Below are positions 1 through 9,715 of a DNA stretch of 40,976 nt, one piece after another. Both the position numbers and the translations under genes were made by a program. Positions within the stretch are counted from its first letter, which is position 1; every line of letters starts with the position of its first letter. The notes below the pieces were generated by a model. It searched no databases. It worked only from the letters and a program-made list of their open reading frames with translations, and was not told the DNA's origin. The stretch lies in assembly GCA_041500865.1 (NCBI GenBank), contig JBGQMY010000009.1, positions 1 through 40,976 of the forward strand, given 5' to 3'. Origin of the DNA: Candidatus Micrarchaeia archaeon. GTDB lineage: Archaea; Micrarchaeota; Micrarchaeia; Anstonellales; J096.

Positions 1-586
1 CAACAGGCTCGCCATGCCTTTTGCCGCGGATTATCTTCCTTATCAGGTCAAATATGAAGTGCATCTGCCTTCCGTCAGTGTGGTAATGGGGCCCATAAAG
101 CGTTGAAGGGATGAACTGCATGTATTTCAGCCCATATTGCTTGTTGAGGGCAATCAGGCCGGCATACAGCATCCTCTTTGTCATCGCATAGGTGAACAGG
201 CTCTCTATCGGGATTCCTTTCAGGTAGTTTTCCTCCTTTAGCTCATATGACGGGTCGTATGAGCAGCTTGTGCCCATCGCAACAAGCTTTGCCTGCGGCT
301 GCTCCCTTGCCCAATAGTCCAGAATGTTGGTGTTTATCCTCTGGTTTATGACCCACTGCTCCCCGCTGTGATACAGGCAGAAATCGCCTGCCTGGGTCCA
401 TGCCGCCAGATGGTATATCATGTCGAACTTTCCTTTCTGCTTCCCGAACGCGGACTCTATGGAGCCCTGCTTTGTCAGGTCGCATGTCTTTGAGCTTATC
501 TTCTCGATGCTGTGACCATCCTTCTCCAGCTTGGAGCACAGTGGCGTTCCAAGGAAACCCGTTGCGCCAGTCACAAGGATTTTCAT
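1..586 (-). CDS. NAD(P)-dependent sugar epimerase/reductase, GDP-L-fucose synthase-like (3' end runs off the window)
   Basis: Manual translation from ATG at 586: MKILVTGATGFLGTPLC...YHLAAWTQAGDF...GTSCSY...YAMTKRML...PSTLYGP. GxxGxxG and YxxxK motifs present. Absent from the ORF track because it is truncated. Confidence 0.85.
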   Translation of the reverse strand, partial: MKILVTGATGFLGTPLCSKLEKDGHSIEKISSKTCDLTKQGSIESAFGKQKGKFDMIYHLAAWTQAGDFCLYHSGEQWVINQRINTNILDYWAREQPQAKLVAMGTSCSYDPSYELKEENYLKGIPIESLFTYAMTKRMLYAGLIALNKQYGLKYMQFIPSTLYGPHYHTDGRQMHFIFDLIRKIIRGKRHGEPV

Positions 587-587
587 G

Positions 588-1793
588 TCAGCTCTCCTCC
601 TTCGGGTCTACGGGAAAATAAAACTCAACGCCCTTTTCTACCAGTTCCCGGTTCTTGGCCAGTATCTCCTTTTTGAAATTCCATGCCAGCACGTAGTATA
701 TGTCCGGCTGCCTTTCCAGGTTCTTTTCAAGCACTATCGGTATGTGCATGCCAGGCGAGTATAGGCCTTCCCTGAGCGGGTTTATCTCCACAAGGCAGTC
801 CAGGTACTGCGTGCCTATGCCGAAGTAGTTGAGCAGTGTGTTGCCCTTCACAGGGGCGCCCATGCCGTATATCGTCTTTCCATTCTTTTTTGCGTCGTCA
901 AGGTACGCTATGTTCTTGCGCTTTGCCTCCTTTATCTTTTCTGCAAAGGCCCTATAAGTTTCAATCTCATTGGTTTTTGCCTCGCGCTCCTTGCGGACAA
1001 GCTCCAGCAGCCTTCCAGACTTTGGCCTCTTGCCGGTGTGCGAGGCGAATCCCATGACAGAGCCGCCATGGATGGGCGCCACGTAAGCGTCAAACAGGGA
1101 CAGGCTGTGCCTGTTAAGCAGGTTCTCTAGCGTCTCAAGCGTATAATAGAGCAGATGCTCGTGGTATATCTGGTCAAATGCCAAATTTTCAATGACGTTC
1201 TTCATGTATATGAACTGCACGACAAAAACGCCGTCATCCTTGAGCGCCTCGGATATAGCCTCAGATACGGAATGAAGCTCCTCCAGATGGAAGAATATGC
1301 CTGATGCGTTTATTACGTCAAACTTTTTGCCTATTTTTCTTCCTGTTTCCAGGTTGAAAAACGCATGCATAGTCGTTATTCCGGCATTGTTCGCCATCTC
1401 CGCAACCCTTTTGGATGACTCCACGCCCAGCACGTCATAGCCGAGCGCCTTGTAATGCTTCAGCTGCGTCCCGTCGTTTGAGCCTATGTCCAATACCGAC
1501 TTTTCCTTCTTTCCGCTGAAAAACCTGCCATCAACCTCGTCTGCGAGCCTCCTGAAATGGTCGCCAAGGGTCTTTGTCATCCCCGACAGGTAGGTGTGGT
1601 CGGAGAACATCACCTCCTTTTTCACGGTGTAGTCAAGCTGCGCTGCCCTGCAGTCCCTGCAGTAGACCACGCGGAGAGGGTAGAACGGCTCCTTCCCAAC
1701 CTGCTCCTTTGCCAAAAAATTGTTGCCCCATGGCTGGCTGCCAAGGTCTATCACCGGCTCTAGGTTGCGAGAAGAGCAAATCCTGCATTCCAT
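588..1793 (-). CDS. NDP-sugar C-methyltransferase (TcaB9/KijD1-like, N-terminal Zn finger)
   Basis: CRIC...CRDC Zn motif, VLDIGSNDG SAM motif, FDQIYHEHLLY, YGMGAPVKGNTLLNY, AWNF. Start placed at MECRIC (1793) because a TTTTAAA box lies ~25 nt upstream on the minus strand (1818-1824). Confidence 0.88.
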   Translation of the reverse strand: MECRICSSRNLEPVIDLGSQPWGNNFLAKEQVGKEPFYPLRVVYCRDCRAAQLDYTVKKEVMFSDHTYLSGMTKTLGDHFRRLADEVDGRFFSGKKEKSVLDIGSNDGTQLKHYKALGYDVLGVESSKRVAEMANNAGITTMHAFFNLETGRKIGKKFDVINASGIFFHLEELHSVSEAISEALKDDGVFVVQFIYMKNVIENLAFDQIYHEHLLYYTLETLENLLNRHSLSLFDAYVAPIHGGSVMGFASHTGKRPKSGRLLELVRKEREAKTNEIETYRAFAEKIKEAKRKNIAYLDDAKKNGKTIYGMGAPVKGNTLLNYFGIGTQYLDCLVEINPLREGLYSPGMHIPIVLEKNLERQPDIYYVLAWNFKKEILAKNRELVEKGVEFYFPVDPKEES

Positions 1794-1830
1794 TGCCAAT
1801 AACTGGTGCGCATAGCATTTAAAAGTTTGC

Positions 1831-2637
1831 TTAGGCCGGATTTTGCTCCTCGCCCCAGCTGCCCGTCTTGACAAACTCCATGTATTTCCTTATGGCGTCC
1901 CTGCTTTTTGGGACAGCCGTGAACCTGCAGACCTTGGATATGTTGGCATCATACGTTTCGCGCGGCTGCTCGTACAGCGCCATCTCGAGGCTCTTTCCTG
2001 CCATTTCCGCTATTTCCTCGCCGCTGACCGTTCCGTCGCCGCACAGGTTGAACGTCTCGTTCTCAGTGCCCTGGCCCGCCAGCATGTCTTCCATGACCCT
2101 TGCCACGGACGGGGTGTCGATGTACTGGTATTTGGAAAGCGGGGAAACGAACGTCTTGCCTGTATGCACTATGTCATAAACCAGGTTTTTCTTCAGGTTG
2201 GGCCCGACCATGTTGCCGAGCCTGAATATTAGATAGTTTTTTGCATACCTTTTGACAAGCCTCTCGGCCATGCACTTGTCGAAGCCGTAGTTTGAGAGGT
2301 ATTTCCCCTCTATCTCCGCGTCCTCCCTGTTCCTGTCCTGGTCCTCATGGTCGTTGTAAACCGCGATGCTGGACACATAGACGTATTTACGGAACGTAAA
2401 ATCCGAAAGCGTGTCCATGACTGAGCTTACGTTCATGCCAAAGTCCGCCTTTGGGTCGGAGTCAGCGAGCCTCTTTATGGAGTTTCCGTTGGCATTTATG
2501 AGGATGTCAAAATCCTTTGGCGTCTCTGCATAGTTTTCCTTTGATATGCCAATAACGCCGTAAGGGTATTTTGTCCAGAAGTATGCGTATATCGCCGAGC
2601 CCAAGAACCCGTTATATCCGATTATCCCGATTTTCAT
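1831..2637 (-). CDS. NAD-dependent epimerase/dehydratase (extended SDR, RmlD-like)
   Basis: GYNGFLG Rossmann motif, YVSSIAVY, YGFDK catalytic motif, FRLGNMVG. Confidence 0.8.
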   Translation of the reverse strand: MKIGIIGYNGFLGSAIYAYFWTKYPYGVIGISKENYAETPKDFDILINANGNSIKRLADSDPKADFGMNVSSVMDTLSDFTFRKYVYVSSIAVYNDHEDQDRNREDAEIEGKYLSNYGFDKCMAERLVKRYAKNYLIFRLGNMVGPNLKKNLVYDIVHTGKTFVSPLSKYQYIDTPSVARVMEDMLAGQGTENETFNLCGDGTVSGEEIAEMAGKSLEMALYEQPRETYDANISKVCRFTAVPKSRDAIRKYMEFVKTGSWGEEQNPA

Positions 2638-2663
2638 AGTCCCGCCTTTTTCATTTCATTTTA

Positions 2664-3494
2664 TCATTTCTTCTCAGCAACAATCAAAATTTCGCCCATG
2701 CAGGTGGCGTAACGGACAGGCCGCCTCAGGATGGCCGATTTAAAAAATCTCAGGACGTTTATGAGATGGATTTTTGCGTAGGATGCGGAGAACAGGAGAT
2801 ACCTGAAAAAGGCAATCCCTGACACCGCGTACATGAATCTGAAATAGGACAATTTGGCGTTGTTGAAAAAAGAAAGAAGCGGTTTGCTGCCTGAAAACAG
2901 CCTGCGGATGCGGGGCTCAAATGGCAGCCGCGGTACCCAGTAGAATCTTTTGAGGACCGGCGTGAAACCGGAACGCTGCAATGAATCGGAAAGCAGCTCA
3001 AGGTTCCAGCCCTGCAGGTGCCCCAGCTCGTTTACTGGATTATTGGAAGGCTCAAAGGTTTGCACCTCGGCCGGCAAAACCATGATAACCGCTCCCCCGG
3101 CCATGAGCTTGCTGTAAAACTTTTTTAATTTGGAAAACGGGTCTTCCACGTGCTCAAGCACGTGCGAACAGTATATCGCGCTCGCTTTGCCGTCGCCAAT
3201 TGAATCTATGTCGTTGACGCAGCCAATCCCGTTGTCTTGCATGTAATGAAGGGCGCCCGTGTCAACCTCGACAACAGTGACGTTTTGCAGCTTTCGGGTC
3301 TTTTCCCCGATTCTGCCCCCAAAATCCAGCACGCGCTCCCCCCAGTCGCCCTTTTTGCCAAAATGGAAAAGGAAGGCGTACTCGCTCTCCTGGGCGACGT
3401 AATCTTCCACGCTGCCGCCATTCTTTTTGATGTCGCCCAGAACGTTATCTTCAAAAAAATGCGAATAGTCCTTTGCGTTCATACCCCTGTCCAT
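2664..3494 (-). CDS. Class I SAM-dependent methyltransferase with hydrophobic C-terminal segment
   Basis: VLDFGGRIG motif I, VEVD, YCSHVLEHV, KLMAGG. Paralog of 12610-13410. Confidence 0.8.
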   Translation of the reverse strand: MDRGMNAKDYSHFFEDNVLGDIKKNGGSVEDYVAQESEYAFLFHFGKKGDWGERVLDFGGRIGEKTRKLQNVTVVEVDTGALHYMQDNGIGCVNDIDSIGDGKASAIYCSHVLEHVEDPFSKLKKFYSKLMAGGAVIMVLPAEVQTFEPSNNPVNELGHLQGWNLELLSDSLQRSGFTPVLKRFYWVPRLPFEPRIRRLFSGSKPLLSFFNNAKLSYFRFMYAVSGIAFFRYLLFSASYAKIHLINVLRFFKSAILRRPVRYATCMGEILIVAEKK

Positions 3495-3504
3495 TTCATG
3501 CGCC

Positions 3505-4494
3505 TCAGTAGTTCCTGAACCTGTAATCGCGGAAGGCCTCGTAGCCCTTCACGAGCTCCTGTATGCCCTGCTCAAGCGGATACTTGAACGTGAACCCGGT
3601 TGCAAGCATCCTGTCGTTTGAGACCACGTAGTTTCTCTTGTCAGGGTCGCTCCCTATGTCCCCGTAGAATATGTTCAGGTCAGGTATGAATTTCTTTATG
3701 GCGAGGGCAAGCTCCTCCTTTGTTATGTTGTAGTCCGGATGCCCGACATTGTATATCCTGTTCTTCATCTTGTCCCAGTTCGCAATCGTCCACAGGAACG
3801 CCCTGCCTGCGTCCCTCACATGCGCAAAGTTCCTTTTGAACGTTTTCTCAAAAAGCACGAGCGTCTTGTCCTTGAACGCCCTGTAAACGAAATCGTTGAC
3901 CAGCGGGTCGGTCCTCATCCTCGGCGAGAAGCCGAACAGCGTGGCCAGCCTGAAGCAGACGTAGTCCCCGGCTTTCGTTATCTCCTGCTCGGCAGCAGCC
4001 TTGCTCCTGCCGTACGTTGATATGGGGTTGAGCGGGCTTTCCTCGGTGCATGCGGACTTCCCGTCAGTGATGCCGTATCCGGAATTCGTTGTCGGGAATA
4101 TTATCCTGGAGCCTTTTTTCCTGTATTTGAGGATTGTCTTTATCGCCCCGTGGTTTATCATCCAGGTTATCTCCGGTTTCTGTTCCGACACCGGGAATCC
4201 GACGACCGCGGCCAGCGGGATTATGAACTCGTACTCTTCCTTTTCCAAAACGCCCTTCATGAAGTTCTCGTTCGTCACGTCGCCGTACACGAACCTGATG
4301 TTCCCGCTGTGGAAGAGGTTGAACAGCGTGTTCTGCGCATAGCTGAGATTGTCAATCACCGTTATATGGAACCCCCTTTCCACAAGCATCTCGCAGAGCA
4401 CCGAGCCAAGGTAGCCTGCGCCGCCTGTCATGAGTATCCTGCTGCTTTTTGCCATCTCCCTTAGCCTTTTTTCCGTGTTACCGTCAAAATCCAT
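3505..4494 (-). CDS. NAD-dependent sugar epimerase/dehydratase
   Basis: TGGAGYLG, PLAAVVG, YGRSK, FRLATLFG. Start uncertain (4494 has an SD-like GAGGG; 4527 possible). Confidence 0.85.
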   Translation of the reverse strand: MDFDGNTEKRLREMAKSSRILMTGGAGYLGSVLCEMLVERGFHITVIDNLSYAQNTLFNLFHSGNIRFVYGDVTNENFMKGVLEKEEYEFIIPLAAVVGFPVSEQKPEITWMINHGAIKTILKYRKKGSRIIFPTTNSGYGITDGKSACTEESPLNPISTYGRSKAAAEQEITKAGDYVCFRLATLFGFSPRMRTDPLVNDFVYRAFKDKTLVLFEKTFKRNFAHVRDAGRAFLWTIANWDKMKNRIYNVGHPDYNITKEELALAIKKFIPDLNIFYGDIGSDPDKRNYVVSNDRMLATGFTFKYPLEQGIQELVKGYEAFRDYRFRNY

Positions 4495-4580
4495 CGCAAA
4501 AACCCTCTTTTCTGCCTTGGTTTTCATTAACTTGCAATCTTTTTTAAAATGTTGTCTAATGCATAACAAAAGGTGCAATT

Positions 4581-5141
4581 ATGGATATAATATCCGAAAA
4601 CGCCAAAAAGACCATCCAAGGCCTTTCAAGCGTGGACTACAAGCAGATATACAGCGTCGGAAAAATAGTGGCGCATGCGATGAAGGCAGGAAACAAGCTC
4701 CTTGTTGCAGGCAACGGCGGCTCTGCTGCTGATGCCCAGCACCTTGCAGGCGAGCTGGTCTGCAAGTTCCTTAAGGACAGGAAGGGCTATCCGGCCATTG
4801 CGCTCAACGCCAATGCCAGCGTAATCACGGCATGGGCGAACGACGTTGGCTATGACACGGTCTTTGCCAGGCAGATAGAGGCGCTTGGGAAAAAAGGGGA
4901 TGTTTTCCTTGGCATAACGACCAGCGGCAACTCTAAAAACATCATCGAGGCTTTCAAGAAATGTAAGGAGATTGGCATAACGACCGTGCTGCTTGAAGGC
5001 GGCAAAAAAGGAACAGCAGAGGCCTACGCCGACATCGCCATAAAAGTAGGCCTTGACGAGACCCCGAGGATACAGGAATGCCACATCTTCATTGTCCACA
5101 ACCTCTGCTATGTGATAGAGGAAGAGATGGCAAAGGCCTAA
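4581..5141 (+). CDS. gmhA: Sedoheptulose-7-phosphate isomerase (SIS domain)
   Basis: GNGGSAADAQH, TAWAND.GYD.VFARQ, TTSGNS, RIQECH motifs; AGGTG SD upstream. Confidence 0.95.
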   Translation: MDIISENAKKTIQGLSSVDYKQIYSVGKIVAHAMKAGNKLLVAGNGGSAADAQHLAGELVCKFLKDRKGYPAIALNANASVITAWANDVGYDTVFARQIEALGKKGDVFLGITTSGNSKNIIEAFKKCKEIGITTVLLEGGKKGTAEAYADIAIKVGLDETPRIQECHIFIVHNLCYVIEEEMAKA

Positions 5142-6178
5142 TTTTCCGTCCTCCAGGTGACCATGCCGTTGAAGTCAAAGTCAAAGTTCACGAGCCTTGC
5201 GCCTTCCCTGGCCATGGCGTTTATTATCTTCTTGCGTTCAGCTATGTCGCTCATGAAGAACAGGAACCCGCCCCCGCCCGCGCCGCACAGCTTTCCGCCG
5301 TATGCGCCGGCATCCATGCCTGCCTTGTACATCCTGTCTATCTCCGGATAGGTGACGCCGGGAAGCTTTCTCTTTTCAATCCAGCTTTCATTCAGCAGCC
5401 CGCCCATCGTCTTGACATCCCCGTTTATGATGGCGTCCTTCATCCCATAGGCGCAGTCCCTTATCTTTTTTAAATATTCTATGCTTTCGCCGCCCTTCCT
5501 TATGTCCCTGTCCTTCATTTCCTCCACCTTGGACGCGGTCTCGGCCCTTGGCGTAGGCGTCTCAAAAAGCAGCATTGACGAATGCAGCTCTGAAACAAGG
5601 TCAGATTCCAGCCTTAGCGGGAACATCCTTATCCTTTCCTTCCTGAACTCAATGAAGTTGAATCCCCCGAATACGGCCGCATACTGGTCCTGGTACCCGC
5701 CCGCCCTCTTGAGCACCTCCCTTTCTATATGGTATGCGGTCTTTGCAAGCTTGTCCCTGTCCATGAGCGGCTTGCCGGCTGCGTTGAATATGGCAGCCAT
5801 GAGCGAGACCACGAGGCCGGATGAGCCTGCCAGTCCGGAGTTCTTGGGCGCTGCGGAATGGACTATCAGCCTGTACCCGTCCTTTGGGTCCAGCTTTGCG
5901 TATTCCATGACCGCCTTGACTATGTCCACGTTTGTTTCCCTGTTTTTATCAAACTCAAGGCCCAGGTCCTCTATCTTCTTGTCAATGTCCCAGTCATGGG
6001 ATATTACCCTTGTGTTTTTCTCGTTTGTCTTGGAGAATGCCGTGTATGAGTAGAGGTTTATGCCGACGTTCAGGACTGCCCCCCCATGTTCATGGAAGAA
6101 GCTCGGCAGGTCGCTGCCGCCCCCGCCTATGCCTATCCTGGAAGGCGAGCGCGCCTTTATCGTTATGTCATGGTCCAT
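5138..6178 (-). CDS. hddA: D-glycero-alpha-D-manno-heptose 7-phosphate kinase (GHMP family)
   Basis: PSRIGIGGGGSD, PKNSGLAGSS, GGYQDQYAAVFGGFN, GGKLCGAGGGG; next to gmhA. Confidence 0.88.
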   Translation of the reverse strand: MDHDITIKARSPSRIGIGGGGSDLPSFFHEHGGAVLNVGINLYSYTAFSKTNEKNTRVISHDWDIDKKIEDLGLEFDKNRETNVDIVKAVMEYAKLDPKDGYRLIVHSAAPKNSGLAGSSGLVVSLMAAIFNAAGKPLMDRDKLAKTAYHIEREVLKRAGGYQDQYAAVFGGFNFIEFRKERIRMFPLRLESDLVSELHSSMLLFETPTPRAETASKVEEMKDRDIRKGGESIEYLKKIRDCAYGMKDAIINGDVKTMGGLLNESWIEKRKLPGVTYPEIDRMYKAGMDAGAYGGKLCGAGGGGFLFFMSDIAERKKIINAMAREGARLVNFDFDFNGMVTWRTEN

Positions 6179-6200
6179 ATACTGCTGTTCCAGCGCGGTA

Positions 6201-6208
6201 TTTAAAAA
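6201..6208. promoter_or_regulatory. Putative shared TATA box for divergent hddA and mtnP-apt
   Basis: TTTAAAAA ~22 nt from the hddA start (6178, minus) and ~22 nt from an in-frame ATG at 6231 (plus). Confidence 0.55.
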
Positions 6209-6305
6209 TTATATCATCTTTGATTATCAGATGGCGGCAGGCGGCTGCGCCAGGGCAATCCTTATCCCCGGGCGCGGAACCGCCGATGTTGCAGGGGCGC
6301 ATGGC

Positions 6306-7643
6306 ATGGCGAAGATTGCGGTAATAGGCGGCTCTGGGCTTGACAACCCGGACATCCTGAAAAGCGAAAAGGAGGTGGCAGTGCACACAATGTACGGGCC
6401 CGTTACTGTCAGGGAGGGGGTCTTGGACGGCGTCTCCGTAGTGCTGCTTGCCCGCCATGGGGCCAAGCATGAAACAGCAGCGACCTGGATTAACTACAGG
6501 GCCAATGTCTTTGCCCTGAAAAAGCTGGACGTGACGCATATACTTGCGATGACTGCGGTCGGGTCCCTCCGCGAGGAAATCAGGCCCGGCGACCTGGTCT
6601 TTCCGAGCCAGTTCATAGACTGGACCAGCCAGCGCGCGCTGACATTCCATGAAAATGCCGTTGTCCACACCCCGCTCTCAGAGCCGTACTGCCCCGCGCT
6701 GCGGCAGCTTGCGGCAAAGGCCGCAGCAGGGCTCAAAATCCGGCACCACAGCGACAAGACGCTTATCGTGATAGAGGGCCCGAGGTTCTCAACGCGCGCC
6801 GAAAGCAACGTATACAGGATGCTTGGCGCGGACGTGATCAACATGTCCGGCGTGCCGGAGGCCCAGCTCGCCCGGGAGGCAGGCATCTGCTACCTGCCAA
6901 TCGCGATGGTTACCGACTACGACTGCTGGAAGGAGCATGAGAAGGCAGTTACGTTCGACATGATAATGGACCAGATGGCAAAGAACGCCCAAACAGGCAC
7001 CTCCTTTTTGCGGGCCATCATCCCGGAAATAAAGGACACCGATTGCGGCTGCGCGGCAGGGATGCATCCTGCGATGAAAAGCCAGCTTGAAGGGCCGGCT
7101 TCGCCGCAACCCGGCGGAAAAAGCGATTTATCTTCATATATCAGGACAATCCCAAATTTTCCTAAGCAGGGCGTCATGTTCCGCGATGTTACGACGCTTT
7201 TCAAGGACAAGGCCGGGTTCAAGCTGATGATAGACAGGCTGCTTGGCATCTACAAGGACAAGAAGATAGACAAGATTGTCGGCATAGAGTCGCGCGGCTT
7301 CATCATAGCTTCGGTTTTGGCGTACAAGCTGGGCGCAGGGGTGGTGCTTGCAAGGAAGCCGAACAAGCTGCCCGCAGAGAAGATATCGCATGAGTATGAG
7401 CTTGAGTACGGCAGGGACAGGATTGAGATGCATGTTGACGCGATAAGGAAAGGCGAACGCGTTGCAATAGTTGACGATTTGATTGCGACAGGCGGGACCG
7501 CGGCAGCGGTCGCGAAGCTTGTGGAGCGGCTGGGCGGGGAAATAGACTCCTTTGCCTTTGTCGTGGACTTGCCGGAGCTTGGCGGAAAGGAAAAGCTGAA
7601 GCCGCACAAGATATACACGCTTGTGGAGTTTGAGGGAAAATGA
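6306..7643 (+). CDS. mtnP-apt: Fusion of 5'-methylthioadenosine phosphorylase (MTAP) and adenine phosphoribosyltransferase (APRT)
   Basis: N-half: IGGSG, LARHG, NYRAN, AVGSL, EGPRFSTRAES, INMS, VTDYDCW, C-terminal CGC. C-half after a Pro/Gly linker: IRTIPNFPKQGVMFRD, GIESRGF, RKPNKLP, YELEYG, VDDLIATGGT. Single uninterrupted ORF; alternative start 6231. Confidence 0.92.
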   Translation: MAKIAVIGGSGLDNPDILKSEKEVAVHTMYGPVTVREGVLDGVSVVLLARHGAKHETAATWINYRANVFALKKLDVTHILAMTAVGSLREEIRPGDLVFPSQFIDWTSQRALTFHENAVVHTPLSEPYCPALRQLAAKAAAGLKIRHHSDKTLIVIEGPRFSTRAESNVYRMLGADVINMSGVPEAQLAREAGICYLPIAMVTDYDCWKEHEKAVTFDMIMDQMAKNAQTGTSFLRAIIPEIKDTDCGCAAGMHPAMKSQLEGPASPQPGGKSDLSSYIRTIPNFPKQGVMFRDVTTLFKDKAGFKLMIDRLLGIYKDKKIDKIVGIESRGFIIASVLAYKLGAGVVLARKPNKLPAEKISHEYELEYGRDRIEMHVDAIRKGERVAIVDDLIATGGTAAAVAKLVERLGGEIDSFAFVVDLPELGGKEKLKPHKIYTLVEFEGK

Positions 7644-7662
7644 AGTCCTTAGTGGTGTTGCG

Positions 7663-8803
7663 ATGACAGTTCCAGGCGTTGCCAAAAGGGGCAGGAAGGT
7701 CTTTGTCAGCCTTTTTCCAGCCTGCGAGGACCAGCACGTTGCCAAAGACTCCTGCATGATAGCTTATGTCATGGGCCGGGATTTCGGATACGACGGCATT
7801 GTGGCTTGCAATAGGAACGGCGAATATCCGTCGCTGGCAACAGAAACGCCAGGCCTGAAAATGGATTTCATAGACTGCACAGGCATCCGATTTTTTGACC
7901 GCCTTATATACATTTTGAAAAATGCCGGAAAAATTGACGTGCTGCAGGTCATGCAGTTCTCAGTTCCCAGCCTGCTCTGCGGCGCACTCTACAAGAAACT
8001 CAACCCAAAAAGGGATTGTATACATAAAGACGGATAAATCCGCTGAATATATATGTGCAAATCCAAACGGCATTGGCATAGACGACTTCGTGTTCTTCTC
8101 AAAATTCGCGCACTTCGATGTCATCAGCGTCGAGTCGCAGGAGGCCGCGAAGCTCCTGCATAACAACCCAAAGCTCCAGAAATACAAGGATAGCATCATA
8201 TACCAGCAGAACGGCGTCGACGCAATGAGGCTTTCCGAATTCAGGATACCGTTTGGGCAGAAGGAGAACATTGTCCTGCATGTCGGCAGGATAGGCAACT
8301 GGCAGAAGGCGACCGATGTCGCCATTGAGGCATTCTCAAGGATATGCGGCGATTTCCCGGAATGGCGCCTTGTGATTGTCGGCCCGATGAATAAGGATGG
8401 CCCAGGATTTGCGCCGGAAACATCCAAGAGGGTGTCAAATCTCGGCAAAGTGCCGAAAGAGGAGCTTTTCAGGACATACGCGAAGTCAAAGATACTGTTC
8501 GCGCCGTCCAGGAGCGAGGGATTGCCGGCAGCGGCATTGGAAGCCGGCTACTTCGGGACCGTGCTTCTGGGATCGGCAATGAACTCAATGAAGAACCAAA
8601 TAAACAACAATGATGAGTTTGGCGACACATGCCCGATAGACGACGTGAAATGCTTCGCTTCCAAGCTGGCAGCGCTGATGAAGGGCGGCGACAGGCTCAA
8701 AGAAATGTCCGCCGGGATAGCAAAGCACATAGAAACCAATTTTGAATGGCACGCGGTATGCGCGCAGCTTGAGGAAGAATTCAACAGGGTGAGGCAAAAA
8801 TGA
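7663..8803 (+). pseudogene. GT4 (group 1) glycosyltransferase interrupted by a +1 frameshift at A5 (8007-8011)
   Basis: ORF1 ...LYKKLNPK| and ORF2 |GIVYIKTD...HVGRIG.WQK...SEGLPAAALEA. Deleting one A from CCAAAAAGGG gives one 379-aa reading frame. Confidence 0.8.
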
Positions 8804-9714
8804 AGATTGTAGTTACAGGAGGGGCGGGCTTCATAGGCTCGCATTTGGTGGACAGGCTTGTGTTGGAGCAAAACGATGTGCTTGTCCTGGACGACCTTTC
8901 CACAGGGAGAGAGGAAAATGTCAATAAGGGTGCCCGGCTCATCATAATGGACCTGATGGACCCGAAGCTTGCAACGGTAATCAAGGATTATGATGCGGTT
9001 TTCCATCTTGCGGCGGACCCGGACGTGAGGACAAGCTTCTCAAATCCGGAAAGATCGTTCAAAAACAACGCAGTAGCGACCTTTGGCCTGCTCGAGGCGA
9101 TGAGGGACGGCGGCCCGAAGAGGCTTTTGTTCACATCGACTTCCGCAGCCTATGGGATAGCCAAGATTCCGACCCCGGAAACTGCCCCATGCGCGCCCAT
9201 AAGCGTGTACGCGGCATCCAAGCTCGCGTGCGAGGCGATGATATCCGCATATTCATATTGCCACGGAATAAAATCGACAATAGTGAGATATGCAAACATA
9301 TTCGGCGAAAGATCCAGGCATGGCATAATGTACGATCTCTTCCTTAAACTAAGCAAGGATCCGTCTTCGCTGGAGGTGCTTGGGGACGGAAAACAGGCAA
9401 AATCATATCTCCATGTCTCGGATTGCGTCAATGCCACCCTGCTTGCATTCAAAAAACAGCAGAGCCAGCTGGAGGTCTTCAATATTGGCAGCGAATCGAC
9501 AACCACCGCATATGAGGTAGCCAAGATGATGGCAGAAGAAATGGGGATTGAGCCGAAAATCCGGTGCGCCGGCGGCGAGGCATGGAAGGGGGATGTGACA
9601 AGGATGCTTCTGGACACCTCAAAAATAAAGGAACTCGGCTTCTCGCCGCAAGTGCCGTTCAAGGACGGCCTGAAAAGGTATGTGAATTGGCTAAGGGGGT
9701 CTGCGAGGCCATGA
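8800..9714 (+). CDS. UDP-glucose 4-epimerase-like extended SDR
   Basis: TGGAGFIGSH, DDLSTG, FHLAA.PDV, YAASK, RYANIFG, GDGKQAKSYL. Confidence 0.88.
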   Translation: MKIVVTGGAGFIGSHLVDRLVLEQNDVLVLDDLSTGREENVNKGARLIIMDLMDPKLATVIKDYDAVFHLAADPDVRTSFSNPERSFKNNAVATFGLLEAMRDGGPKRLLFTSTSAAYGIAKIPTPETAPCAPISVYAASKLACEAMISAYSYCHGIKSTIVRYANIFGERSRHGIMYDLFLKLSKDPSSLEVLGDGKQAKSYLHVSDCVNATLLAFKKQQSQLEVFNIGSESTTTAYEVAKMMAEEMGIEPKIRCAGGEAWKGDVTRMLLDTSKIKELGFSPQVPFKDGLKRYVNWLRGSARP

Positions 9715-9715
9715 C

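Noticed and set aside
8004..8010. C-CCA-AAA resembles a -1 programmed frameshift heptamer in the GT4 gene
   Set aside because: The downstream half is in the +1 frame, so -1 slippage would not join the two ORFs.
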